This document shows positions 41,150-55,389 of a stretch of 64,000 nt of DNA, one piece after another; the stretch's first letter is position 1, and each line of letters begins with the position of its first letter. The translations under genes were made by a program, and so were the position numbers. The notes below the pieces were generated by a model. It searched no databases and was not told where the DNA came from. It saw only the letters and a program-made list of their open reading frames with translations. The DNA comes from Octopus vulgaris (taxonomy: Eukaryota), in contig OX597826.1 of the NCBI GenBank assembly GCA_951406725.2, forward strand, positions 67,642,001-67,706,000, read 5' to 3'.

Positions 41150-43367
41150 ATATCTCAGGCATATTTGCAGGTAAAAGTCGACGAGGAATGTTCAAAATTA
41201 TTGACAATAAATATCCACGATGGGTTGTGTAAACGCAATCGACTCCCCTTTGGCATAAAGGTAGCACCTAGCATTTAGCAACAAGTTATGAACGTTATGC
41301 TCGCAGGTTCGGATTTCGTTGTAGCTTACCTTGAAGACATACTCATAAAAGGTGATCCTCGGGATTAGCATGCTGAGCATGTTAAAAATGTCTTCGGAAG
41401 AATTAAAGATTATGGGTTTAAGCTCAGCGAGGAAAAGTGTGAACTTTGTTATGCCAAAAATAACATACCTAGGGTTGATTATTGATGAAAATGGACGCAG
41501 ACCAGACACGTCTAGGATGAGTGAAAAAATATTCCTCTCCCAACAAATATTAAAACGTTACAAGCATTTTTGTGGCTCGCAAATTACTACCAGGAATATA
41601 TACCGAATATGTACAATTTAAGAGCACTCATGAATAACCTATTAAAAAAAGATGTTAAGTGGAAATAGTCGGTCAAATGTCAAAAAAGCTTTCGAAGAAA
41701 TTAAAACCGTCTTATCGTCGGAATTGTTATCTCATTTTGATCCGAATTTAGAAAGTGGCAGTATATGCTAGTGAAAGTGGTACTGGAGCTGTGATTTTAC
41801 ACAAATATGAAGATAGTAGCCTGAAAGCAGTAGTTCGTGCTTCGTGTTTATTATTGCCGGCTGAGAAAAGTTACAGTCAAATAGAACAAGTGGTATTAGG
41901 CATCATATTTGCGGTAAAAAACTTCCATAAATTCATATATGAAAGAATGTCCGTCTGCAGACAGACCACCGAACATTATTGTCGATCTATGGATAAAAAA
42001 ACTGTTTCCCCACACATACAGACAACGGATTGCAGCGCTGGGGAATGATTCTGCTGAATTACGGCTTCTAGATGGAGTATTTACCATCGTAAAAATTGGG
42101 AAATGCAGAGTGATAGCAGCGTTAAAAGTCCAAAATAAAAAACCATTGTACAATGTTGTGCGTGAATTGCTTGTCACATTGGAGGAAATAAAAATTAATG
42201 CAGAGACGGACGAATTCATTATAAAAATGAAAAAATAGTGAGATTAGAAGAAACAAATGAAAAATATGTGTGACTGGACGCAACACGTTTCGAATTTGTA
42301 TTCGATATGTGATAACCTGCTTATGTATGCAGAGAGGATCGTAAAGCCTACCTCACTACAAGGTGGAATGTTAAATGGCTACCATAATTGACACCCAAGA
42401 ATTTCTAGTATGAAGTCGCTGATAGGAGTTATGTTTACTGGCCAAAAATGGATCTAGATACTGAGAAGTTGGTAAAATCCTGCAGGGGTTGTTCTCTGGC
42501 AGCGAAATCACCACCTATGAAAGTTCAAACTTCCATGGTCCTGACTACACAGACTTCGCAGGACCATCAAACCTATCATGTTACCTAATAGTGGTAGATA
42601 GCTTTAAGAAATGGCTAGAAATGTGTAAATGTAGAAAACCGACATCCATGATAATAGTGGAATACCTATACGGACATTTTGCTAGGTATGGTGTCTCAGA
42701 TACCATAGTCTCCAATAAGGGTACACAATTCACGGAGAATGAATTTAAGAACGTTTGCAAGATATACTCAACTGAACATATCACTAGTCGTCTGTATCAC
42801 CCAATATCACATGAGGAAGCGGAAAGGTTCGTGGATCCATTTAAAAGAGCATTTAAGAAAGCAAGAAACAAGCTGGTCGATGACACATCATTGACACCAA
42901 ATCCAAACACTTTTTCAGGCAAGTCGCCTGCGGAACTAATGTTTGCTCGAAAATTAAAGTCAATTTTCGACAAGGTACTACCTGTAAGAAAAATATAAGG
43001 AAAACACTAAATATACGACAAATCATTTTAATATCGGCGACAGGGTGTTTTTCAAAATTTATAAAAATCTATGAGAAGTTTGGGAAGGCGGAGTACTTAT
43101 AAAAAGAATAGGCAAAATGACATATATTATCATAAGCGAAAAATGAGAACACAAAAGACATTTAAACCAGCTAAAAATAGATATACGGAAAAAAGAAAAG
43201 ATATACCCATTGAAGTGTTCTATGACACCTTTGATGTTCCAGCGCCACAAGAAATCGAACCTAGTCGTAGCAGTATAAGAAAGAGGAAATAAAGAGAACG
43301 GTTAGAAGTAGTGTCTAAACGGAAGAAATATTGAATTTCCCGAGGAGAAAAATCTCGAAAAGCGAGA
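41150..43367 (+). mobile_element. Ty3/Gypsy LTR retrotransposon pol remnant (RT, RNase H, integrase), Mag-like
   Basis: AYLQVKVDEECSKLLTIN, VAYLEDILI, YSQIEQ, TDHR, RLQRW, YWP..D.EKLVKSCRGC, TDFAGP, LIVVDSF.KW.E, VSNKGTQF and AERFV in RT-RH-IN order. Heavily frameshifted. Confidence 0.93.
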
Positions 43368-43644
43368 TGTGATGAAAGAAAAATAAATAAATAAAAATGA
43401 TAACATGAACTTCCAACGAAAGTCAATCTCAAAGGGTAAGATAGTGTGGTGAGAGTCATTGATAGCCCTGGGAGGTTGGGAGGAGAATGGACTAGCTAAA
43501 ATCTTATAAAGAGTAGCGTATTGATCGCGACGAGAGGTTGGTAGACGTCGTTTGAGAGGGCGTTTTGGAGTCTCACGAATACGTCGTGTGAACTGATTGA
43601 GTTACCTCCGCATCATAAATTATATATCCAACGCGTGTTAAGCA
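43368..43644 (+). mobile_element. Putative 3' LTR of the Gypsy element
   Basis: A purine tract GAAAAGCGAGA is followed by TGTG...TAAGCA, with a TATAAA box at ~43505. No second LTR is present to confirm the ends. Confidence 0.55.
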
Positions 43645-43678
43645 TTAATATATATACATATAAACATTCATACATACG

Positions 43679-43743
<65 letters not shown>

Positions 43744-44937
43744 GTGTTTGTGTGTGTGTGTGTTTGTGTGACCTAAGAGACATTACTCAGGGCAGGATTA
43801 ATGACATGTATTTCAATAACGGCATACAACGCAAATTCCAGATATATTAAGATTATCAGAGTTTTAAAAGATGCATTATAATTACCAAATAGCAATTATG
43901 ATCCAAAGCCTTACGATACTCATAAGTATAAACAAAGCTGGGGAGCCATCCCTAATTCAAAGACACATGTTTCTGCCCCAATAGACGTCATCTACACACA
44001 ATTTGTCTGGCCTTACTTGCATTTGCCGAGAGAATTATAAATGTAAAAAATAGAGTAGAACACATTTACGGCCTATATAATTTACATAATTTAAACAAAA
44101 AGCAACTAAGAGTGGCTAATGGCATAATATTAGTACAAGAATACAGGTAGGTGAAGAGAGTTTTCATAAATCAAGATTTTATCTTAGATTTATGATAAAC
44201 ATGTATTCGACCATCTCTCTCGCTCACACTCTCTATGTATATGTCTACGGCGTAGATTTTGAAAAAAATAGGATATACAAACAGGAGGCACATAGTTTGA
44301 TCGCCTCGTGCTTATATATTTAACCCAAGGTGTACCTGTGGAGGACGATTTCACTTAGCGAGTAAATGTTATTTACTTGCTAAACTAAAGTCAGAAACCA
44401 ATTGGTCCAGGAAACTAGATGGTAAAATGTCTTTATTTTTTTCATTTCGTTCTGTCAAATTTTTATCCCTAATTTTCTGGCAATAGAACCTAGCTGTTCT
44501 TTCTAGCGTGTTGAATCCCACAAGTGGACTCCTTATGTGTTTAAATGTACACTGTATTTTATGACGACTACTATATATATATATATATATAAATGAGTAA
44601 CATACGCGTACCGGTGTGAATTCATGAATGGACACCTGTATCTCTACGCTACTCAATTATATTTTATTCAGTTATTCCTGGAATCTGCTCTTCGGGAATA
44701 TGATAGAAGGTATTTTAATACAAAATACATATCTGAATAGCCAAGAGCAGATCTCCTCACTCACCTGGGTCGTATTGTCTGCATACACTGCAGAAATATC
44801 AGGTGCTGGCACTTTTGCACCGAGTTTGATATTCACTTAATATAGTTTGGATGTGCCTATTGTTACAACCTAGCAAGGTGCCTCAATTTAAGTACCTAAT
44901 TCATTAGTATTGTGTGTATGTGTGTGTATAGAGGCAC

Positions 44938-44971
<34 letters not shown>

Positions 44972-45277
44972 AAACGCACACAGACACACACACATATATA
45001 TTGTAGCTATATTTCATTGGAATACAAGTTCCATTTCATTTTTTCATGGTAATACAAGTGAAATTATATTAACACTACGCCATGGGCGAAATACAAAATT
45101 TTTCGCCTTCATTATTGAATACAGTCAGCCTACGGCCGCTTCAACTATAAGGGTGGCACCTCAGCTATAAGGGTGATGAATTTTGCCGTAATTCAGATGT
45201 TTTCATCCTAATGAAGCGGAACATAATCAGTGGAATTGACAAACTCAAAGACATATATATATATATATACCTGTGTG

Positions 45278-45585
45278 TGAGGGTGAGTCAAAAAGTAATG
45301 CCATTTTGATTCGGACGAGTATAATTACCAACACCGGAACATGTATAATACATCAAAATGAAGCTGGTCCTCTGTAGATCATATCCCTACTGCTCAATAT
45401 AGTCACCGTTTCTCTCAATAGCAATGTTCGACCTTCGAATCAGAGCATGTATCCCTGCTCCGTAATATTCTGTTGACTGTTCTTTGAGCCACTTCTCCAC
45501 TACAGTTTTCACTTCCTCGTCACTGGACTATCATCATTTCGGCCTCATGAAAGAAGGTTTGAGAGGCAAATATTATACCAGTGAC
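45278..45585 (-). mobile_element. Mariner 3' fragment with an internal inversion
   Basis: TIR-like GAGGGTGAGTCAAAAAGTAATGC. The minus strand reads [16 protein letters not shown]...GIHALIRR...NGDYIEQ*, and the plus strand reads [20 protein letters not shown]. Confidence 0.82.
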
Positions 45586-45606
45586 ACGCACATATATTCA
45601 TACTTA

Positions 45607-45935
<329 letters not shown>

Positions 45936-46043
45936 GTATATATATGTACATACATACACATTAATATATTTATATTGTGAAATTTGATTTAATACTAAAT
46001 TGAATTTTTCCCTGTAAATTTGAAGTTATGCTCCCTAATATGG

Positions 46044-46098
<55 letters not shown>

Positions 46099-47369
46099 GT
46101 ATGTGTGAGTGTGCATGTGTGTGGCCGTGTGCGCGTATGTGACCGTCTGTGCGTACGTGCATGTGTTTCCCTTTTCTGAAAGAGGTGTCATAAAATCTGT
46201 TACACTTCGCTTTCAATAGCAAAAACGTAAATAAATAATTCTTCAATCTTTCGTTTTTAGCGTACAAAATCTACATCTCACTGATAAAAACATTTGAATG
46301 TATTTGCTGTCTATTTTAAATCTATGTTTCTTTTACCTCATTTGTCTCCGTATCATAAGTGCCAGGCCAATTCCGTATACTTGAATACACAAAACATAAA
46401 CGGATTCTAAAGAACATATATCTTCCATAGTTTCTTATTTTATCAGATTTGAATATTGTATGACAGGTCAATGTAGCTTACGGATGGTTAACTGCTGGGC
46501 CTGTTGTTTATTCTAGAATTACTAGGAATGGTATTAATAATCTACTGGGGGCATGTGATTTGCGATTCTATTACTGTTATACGTAATAGAATCGCGTAGA
46601 GAGTGGACTCTTTCGCATTTAGAGGGGACTGCGAGTAATTGTATGTACTAGTCATTCGGTTATTTCTTATCACGCATTCGAAGGAAGAGTTCCAAATCCC
46701 TTTGTACATTTCAGAATTGATGGAAGAACGGAGAAAGTGGATCTGAATCCTTGCGAATGAGTGGGATCTTGCAGAAGTAGCCCCAAAGCGATATATTGAT
46801 GTTCGATATCGTTACAGATTGAATCAATTCCCGGCAAACAGGAACGCTCTCTTGAACGGAATTTTCGCTTCGTTTCCGACTACAAAATTTAGAATCGAAT
46901 GCTTTCGCTGACTCGATGCGGTTATAGTGGAAAATATTCTAAAGCTGTAATGCAATGTGACTGGACCGGAAGTACCGAAACTGTGAAAAGAACAAATGAC
47001 ACTTTAAAGACTCCTGGAAGCCAAATTATCTTCAAACAACACACTTTTGTGGCATGTAGTAGAGAATCATCGGGTATTGTAGTAAGGACCAGAGAGACCT
47101 GATTCCCCGATCGCCAGCGAGGCAATTTTCCGTGGCTCGCTCGAGCAAGGCGGCGAACTCGGAAGACCCAGGATCAGATCACGGTGTCAATATTCGATTA
47201 TGTGTTTCTTCCATGATGGCTTACCAGGATGTAAACAACAGGTATAGAAGAATGTAAAGCGTTAAAGACGAGAATAAAAGAGTTAAACAGAAAGTATAAA
47301 AAGCATAAACAACATGAGGAAGAATTTGATGTAAATAGAAAAATGAAGAGGTACAGGTTGTAAGCGATT

Positions 47370-47842
47370 GAGAGACAGAAGAGGTACGGTGAAGAGAGAA
47401 AGGGAGAGAGAGAGACTGACAGAGACAGAGGCAGAGAAAGCTGGAGAGGAAGAAAGAAAGAGAAAGAAAGAGAGAGAAAGAGAGAGGAAGAGAGAAAGAC
47501 AGACAGTCAGAGAAAGAGAGAGACAGAGAGCGAAAGAGAAAGAGACGGAGAGAGAAAGAGAGAAAGCGAAAGAGAGGAAGAGAAAAATACAGACAGTCAG
47601 AGAAAGACAGAGACAGAGAGCGAAAAAGAAAGAGAGAGAGAGAGAAAGAGAGAAAGCGAGAGAGAGGAATAGAGAAAGACAGACAATCAGAGAAAGAGAG
47701 CGACAGAGGGAGCGAGAGAGAAAGAAAGAGGGAGAAAGAGAGATGAAAAGAGAGAAAGCGAGAGAGAGGAAGAGAGAGAGACAGAGAGACATAAAGCGAG
47801 AGAGGGAGAGAGAGACAGAAAGAGACAGAGAAAGAACGAGAT
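47370..47842. repeat. GA-rich tract with a 90-bp higher-order period
   Basis: AGACAGTCAG/AGACAATCAG at 47501, 47591 and 47681. Confidence 0.9.
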
Positions 47843-47938
47843 AACAATTAGCAAAGAGTTTGGTTGAAAAAGGAGAAAAATAAAAAGAGAGAAATGTATG
47901 AGGAAAAGAAGACAGGTGGAAACATGGATATGAATATA

Positions 47939-47993
<55 letters not shown>

Positions 47994-48451
47994 ATATATA
48001 CACAGAGAGAGGAAGACATACTATGAAACTGCGAGGCAAATAGTCACCAGACATACAGCCAGAGAAAGACGTATATTGTTAAAAATACCACTGAAGGAGA
48101 GAAATAATAATATACGAGTGTGAGTGAGTGTGTACAAGTGTATATGTGTGTGTGTGTGCGTGGCTATGTGTATTTGTCTGTGTGCGTGCACATATTTGCA
48201 TATGCACTCCACGAAATCTAAAGCAATTTTGTTAAAAGCCAACAAAGTATAGTTTTTGTTAATATTTTTAAATGAGATTAAGTTAGCTCTTCAGCTTTTT
48301 AGTTTTGAATGTGACGTTTACCATTAATTGAAGTATCGCTCGTGTATGTGTATATGATATGTGTGTGTGTGTGTGTGTGTGTATAAGCATACGCACACAT
48401 ATTTATACAAATAGTAATTTATATACACATATATATTATATATATCGTATT

Positions 48452-48493
<42 letters not shown>

Positions 48494-48744
48494 CACATAC
48501 ATATATTGTTTTTCATATATATTTTGTACTATATCGAAGCACATACAAATTCACGCATGCACAAAAGGTGTGTATATGTATGTATGAATGTACGTATGTA
48601 TGTATGTGTGTATTAATGTATGCATATATGTATGTGAGCATCTGTGAATATATATATATATGCATATGTGAAAGTGTGTATTTGTATTATCTATTTATAA
48701 TTGTGTGCATATATACTTATATAAATACACATACATCTATATAT

Positions 48745-48811
<67 letters not shown>

Positions 48812-48827
48812 CATATACATATATATG

Positions 48828-48922
<95 letters not shown>

Positions 48923-49225
48923 ATATGTATGTATGTATTTATATATGTATGTGTATGTGTCTGTCTATCTCTGTTCACCTGTATCTCTCGATGTCCGTAA
49001 GTGCGTACTTTGGTGTGAAGTCGTGAATGTACATTATTTTATGGTGTTTGTCTGAATACCAAGTCTTGCGGTATATTCGAGGCATCTGAGAATATAGAAA
49101 TTGTGTACATCGACGCACTTGTGTACGTCTGTTTTTCCCATAATGTGTGAGACCATGTAGACACTTGAGCAAATACATAAGCACTTACACATAAAACAAT
49201 ATATTACATTTTTATATTGATGTCA

Positions 49226-49279
<54 letters not shown>

Positions 49280-49993
49280 GTATATATGTTCTTGTTCATT
49301 AATAACTATATTAATATCTAATTTATATATTTATAGTGGAATACAGAAAACACCAACCGACTTACACACATCCATACGCACACATATGCAAAGAATCGTA
49401 TATGTAAAGTAAACAAAGACGTATAGAAAATAATTTCTATCTTCGCTTTTAAACATTAATGAGACCATGTTATAGTTATCACACTAAGTAAACAATGAAT
49501 CATAGAAAACTAATAACCTAATACATATTGAAAAAAAAAATTATATATTATTTACCCAGACATAAGCTTAAGTATTATACTTTGTATTCAAGCTTCAGAG
49601 AGAGAGAAAAGCTACTCTAAGTGATATCAATAAATTTACATATTCGTGACACCTCCACGCCGTGGTTATTGCAAAGTGGGAAAGGAATCGAATCCAAACG
49701 ATGCCGAACGGAATGTTTATAGACACATCGTCACATTAGGAAGCGGTGTCGTGCTTCTAAGCTTGAGAGGAAATGTTGAATTGATACTGAATTTTAGATT
49801 CGTATAGGAAATTTATGTAAATATTTTACGAAATAGATCTCAATGTGCTTTTATGTTAAAGGTTAGTCGTCGAGGAAACTGGTTAAATTGCTAATAAAAA
49901 TGTAGATCTAGATGCAAACTACAAGACATATTAAAACTCATCTTGTAATACGTAAATATATAAATAAAATCTATTATTTTATTTCTATTTCAT

Positions 49994-50168
49994 AGGCGCA
50001 GGAGTGGCTGTGTGGTAAGTAGCTTGCTTACCAACCACAAGGGTTCCGGGTTCAGTCCCACTGCGTGGCACCTTGGGCAAGTGTCTTCTGCTATAGCCCC
50101 GGGTCAACCAATGCCTTCTGAGTGGATTTGGTTGACGGAAACTGAAAGAAGCCCGTCGTATATATATG

Positions 50169-50205
<37 letters not shown>

Positions 50206-50400
50206 CTGTGTTTGTCCCCCTAGCATTGCTTGACAACCAATGCTGGTGTGTTTACGTCCCCGTCACTTAGCGGTTCGGCAAAAGAGACCGATAGAATAAG
50301 TACTGGGCTTACAAAGAATAAGTCCCGGGGTCGATTTGCTCGACTAAAGACGGTGCATGGCCGGAATCAAATGACTGAAACAAGTAAAAGAGTAAAAGAG
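49994..50400 (+). mobile_element. SINE family B
   Basis: GGCGCAGGAGTGGCTGTGTGGTAAG...ACCTTGGGCAAGTGTCTT...(AAAAGAGT)n. Confidence 0.93.
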
Positions 50401-50443
50401 AGAGAGAGAGTATTTGTTTTTTTCAGAACTAAGTTTCTATTTC

Positions 50444-50662
50444 GTGGAGGCACATGGCCTAGTGGTTAGAGCAGCAGCAGCGGACTCGCGGTCGGGGGAT
50501 CGCGGGTTCTAATCTCAGGCCGGCCTTATATGTGTTTATGAGCGAAACACCTAAGCTCCATGCGGTTCCGGCAGAAGGTAATAGCGAAACCTCTGCTGAC
50601 CCTTTCGTCACAACTTTCTATGAGTCAGGCGTGGCTCGTGAAGGAACAAACAACCAACAAAC
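50444..50662 (+). mobile_element. SINE with head C and internally deleted tail Y
   Basis: Imperfect TSD AAGTTTCTATTTC (50431-50443) / AAGCTACTATTTC (50663-50675). Confidence 0.85.
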
Positions 50663-51373
50663 AAGCTACTATTTCATAGCTTTAGTAGTACTCTTTAGTT
50701 ATAAAAGGCGACGTTTAATAGGTAGTGGCAATCATACATTTCCCACATTACACCGTGGTTATCTCCCCATGGAAACAGTTCGACTGAAAACGAACGGTTA
50801 ATCCATGACACTAAACACGTAATTCGATGTGAGTGAACTTTTCAAGAATTGCTTTATAGCAACTAAAACTTAATATTTAAAGTCGTCTCGAATTTCTTAA
50901 ATAATTTACATATGAATCAATATTTTACACAAACGCATAAGCACACACACACACACATACACACACACACACACACACAAGGTTGGTAAATTTTCTTGTA
51001 AAAGAATGATCGAGAATATTCGTATAAAGTTTATTACACTCTAAACATTATACAAAATATTTTGTGAATGACTTTGTAAAGTGAAACATGAAAATATATC
51101 GTGATTCATAATTTTTTATTTATACCAACTATTATATGAATTTGAAATTACTGTAAATCTTAAACTTTGTATCTCTAGAACAGTTTCTGTACACGTAAGC
51201 CCCAAATATTTTCATTCTATGAAAAGAAAAACGCAAAAAAAAAGAAAAGAAACACATTTACATTTAACTAATGAATCACTGGTAAAGAACAAGTCGATTC
51301 GCTCTTCATACATCCATGATGATCCCAACCGGGCCAAAAACCTATACTGGATCGGTCGTAGCCTCGGTTAATA

Positions 51374-51734
51374 GGAAGCACTCCGTCGGTTACGACGACG
51401 AGGGTTCCGGTTGATCCGATCAACGGAACAGCCTGCTCGTGAAATTAACGTGTAAGTGGCTGAGCACTCCACAGACACGTGTACCCTTAACGTAGTTCTC
51501 GGGGATATTCAGCGTGACACAGAGAGTGACAAGGCCGGCCCTTTGAAATACAGGTACAACAGAAACAGGAAGTAAGAGTGAGACAAAGTTGTGGTTAAAG
51601 AGTACAGCAGGGATCACCACCATCCCCTGCCGGAGACTCGTGGAGCTTTAGGTGTTTTCGCTCAATAAACACTCGCAACGCCCGGTCTGGGAATCGAAAC
51701 CGCGATCCTAACCACTGGGCCATTGCGCCTCCAT
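51374..51734 (-). mobile_element. SINE with head C and tail X
   Basis: 12-bp TSD CCTCGGTTAATA at 51362-51373 and 51735-51746. Confidence 0.92.
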
Positions 51735-52108
51735 CCTCGGTTAATATCAAATAATAGACAAACCTCAATTTTGCGGGCATACAGGGTAACATATGACTAA
51801 GAGAAGTGGCGATATCTAGTTGCCACATTATGAATAAATACTCGAACCACTACACGGTGAGAGAGGAAGGAAGGAAGATCAAGTATATGTCAAACACCGC
51901 TGTATTGAAAATTTAAAAGGCTGCGTCAGGTTACTTTATATAATTTATTTTTGTTGTCTATAAAACTTAATTCAATATATTTTCATCGTTATAATAAAAA
52001 AAAAGATACACCTGGCTAGTGCGTTTTTTTGTTGTTGTTGTTGTTAATAAGGGAGTTTGCCGCATGTCAAGCTAAGGCTTTTGAATAAGAGTTACCCAAA
52101 GATAGTAG

Positions 52109-52386
52109 AGTGGAGGCACAATGGCCGAGCGGTTAGAGCAGCGAACTCGTGGACGAGGGATCGCGAGTTTGAATCTCAGATCGGGTGATGTGTATGTTTA
52201 TGAGCGAAACAGCTAAGCCCAACACGGCTCTGGCAGACGGTAATGGCAGAACTTCTGCTGACTCTCTCGCCAAAACTTTCTCTCACTCTTTCCTCCTGCA
52301 TCTTGCAGCCCCCGTTCATGTGGGGGAACCTGTACGCCAATGAAACCTAATGAGCCAGGCATGGCTCGAGAAAGAGCAAACAACAA
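52109..52386 (+). mobile_element. SINE with head C and tail Y
   Basis: 12-bp TSD CAAAGATAGTAG at 52097-52108 and 52387-52398. Confidence 0.92.
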
Positions 52387-52544
52387 CAAAGATAGTAGGA
52401 AATAGAGGACATCTATCTATGTAAATATATGTATATATAGCAAGTTTACCATTAGTTTCATGCGAAGGATTTTTCACATTTGTATAAAGGTGTCACATAG
52501 AAGTGTTGGTACGCATTGGTATGTATATATATATATATTTTTCT

Positions 52545-52926
52545 TTTATTCTTTTACTTGTTTCAGTCATTTGACTGCGGCCATGCTAGAGCACCGCCTT
52601 TAATCGAGCAACTCGACCCCGGGACTTATTCTTTTGTAAGCCCAGTACTTATTCTATCGGTCTCTTTTGCCGAACCGCTAAGTGACGGGGACGTAAACAC
52701 ACCAGCATCGGTTGTTAAGCAATGCTAGGGGGACAAACACAGACACACAAACACACACACACACATACATATATACGACAGGCTTCTTTCAGTTTCCGTC
52801 TACCAAATCCACTCACAAGGCATTGGTCGGCCCGGGGCTATAGCAGAAGACACTTGCCCAAGGTGCCAGGAAGTGGGACTGAACCCGGAACCATGTGGTT
52901 GGTTAGAAAGCTACTTACCACACAGC

Positions 52927-52930
<4 letters not shown>
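52545..52930 (-). mobile_element. SINE family B
   Basis: Near full-length reverse copy abutting (TA)n. Confidence 0.92.
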
Positions 52931-53017
<87 letters not shown>

Positions 53018-53509
53018 TATATACACACATACACACAGATATATATACATATATATATATATATATAACGAAACGAAACCAATTTCATAAAGCTAAGTAA
53101 GTAAAAGTTTTTTCCACTTATTTTTGCATTATATGTTGCAAAATGAATAGTACAGCAAGAACAGAATTTTGCATAATTTTTTAATTTAAAATACTGCTAT
53201 TTTTATGGTAAGACAAAAAATGTCTGCACGCTAAGTTTACAAAAACTCAATATGTTTGAGCGAGTGTTTAGACTAAAAGGTGTGATTTATCATAATGCCT
53301 GCGTTTTTGTTTATATCTGTGTCTATTAAAACTAATATTAGCTTTTTTTTTTTTCAATTAATGAATTGCTTTTTAAGCCCATTATCTTTTAATGCCATTA
53401 TAATAATGTATGTTTAAAAGAAACTTCATTTCAGGAGATGCTAGATATACGTTCACAAATATTGATTTCAAATTTTTGGCACAAATCCAGCTAATTCTGA
53501 GGTAGAGGC

Positions 53510-53652
53510 AAGTTAATTACATCAATCCTGGTTCCCGAAAGGCTGAAGGGCAAAGTGGACCGAGGCGGAATTTGAACTCAGAACGTGAAGACGGACGTTA
53601 TACCGCTTGACATTTTGCCCAGGTGCTCCAAAGATTCTGCGTCTTTGCCGCC
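53510..53652 (-). mobile_element. SINE family A, diverged fragment
   Basis: CCCGAAAGGCTGAAGGGCAAAGT..GGCGGAATTTGAACTCAGAACG. Confidence 0.75.
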
Positions 53653-53655
53653 CTT

Positions 53656-54045
53656 ATACTCTTTTAGTCTTTTAATTGTTTCAGTCATTTGAATGTGGCC
53701 ATGCTGGAGCACCGCCTTTAGTCGAGCAAATCGACCCCAGCACTTATTCTTCATAAGCCTAGTACTTATACTATCGGTCTCTTTTTGCCGAACCGCTATC
53801 TTACAGGGACGTAAACACACCAGCAAAGGTTGTCAAGCGATGTTGGGGGGGATAAACACAGACACAGAAAGCTATACACACATACACACACATATGTATA
53901 TTTACATATATACATCGGGTTTCTTTCAGTTTCCGTCTACCAAATCCACTCGCACTAGAAGACACTTGCCCAAGGTGCCACGCAGTGGGACTGAACCTGG
54001 AACCATGTGGTTGGTAAGCAAGCTACTTACCACACAGCCACTCCT
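53656..54045 (-). mobile_element. SINE family B
   Basis: Reverse copy with a small internal deletion. Confidence 0.9.
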
Positions 54046-54138
54046 ACCCTCGCAAATATTACTGAACATGCAATGTTATAAAAAGTCTTTAGTGATTTTT
54101 ATTAATTTACCGAACCTTTTACAAAATACGCCGTATTT

Positions 54139-54350
54139 TAGGGGCTGCTGAAAATTCCCTGGCTTTAAGGGTAACGCGAAATGCTTGGCTGGGCTTCCAG
54201 GTTCCTTTACAGTGCTTAGGAAAATTTCAGTACCTCTGCAATAGGGCTGATGTGAATTTACGAGGGGAATATGTTGAGTAAAATTTTAATCAACTGATTC
54301 ACCTGTATTTTCTGTTGCACAAAGCCAGAGACTCCTCAACCAACTACTTA
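54139..54350. mobile_element. Mariner-derived MITE (relative of 5554-5753)
   Basis: Shares GCTGAAAA..CCCTGGCTTTAAGGGTA, GAGGGGAATATGTTGA and CAAAGCCAG with the 5.5-kb copy. Confidence 0.7.
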
Positions 54351-54516
54351 AAAGTAGAATTTATTAGTGTTTACTAGTATTTACTAGTATTTAAAGTTAA
54401 TGTCATTATAATATCCAGAAAATGAACAGCAGTAATCATTATGTAGATCGTAATTTTTAGATTTATTTCTTTAAATATACCAACGTGCTTATTTCTGTAC
54501 ACACACAGACATATAA

Positions 54517-54786
<270 letters not shown>

Positions 54787-55389
54787 ATTATATTAGGTGA
54801 AATAAACGCTCCTCGGGATGTAAACAGAGTGAAATCACAATTGAAGTAAATTTAAGATATAAAGACGTACAGGGACATATAATGGCTTACCATAAAAATG
54901 TCAAACTACGCTCGGCCATTATGTTTAACCTAAACGTATTATTAAAACATAGGAACGATTATTTGTATACGTACTAGTCACAGTTCTCGATTCCGGTTGA
55001 TGTACACTTAATGGTGAAAATTATAGCAATTTAGAAAAGTAATTTGTTATAAGATTGCAAGCGCTCACCTATATCGAACTGCATAAATTTGAAAGGGTTT
55101 TTATATTGTTAAATCACTTCACAATAGATGCACTGTTATTATGTAACGGCTGGGAATTAGCTTGTTTAAATTTTAAAATGGTAGAATCTAAGATAATGTT
55201 AGTTAGTTAGTTTCGTTATGTCTGTATTTGCGTATCGATTTTCTCGGCGGACGGTCCCAGCAGTATATCAGATGTTGTTTGGAAAGCTTTTACTGCGCTG
55301 CGCTGTTTCGTTCTCCTCAGAAATGGAGAGACGAACGATGTGAATGTCTGGCACGATGGTGCTCCAAGTTGGTTTAGTAGCCGATTGTG

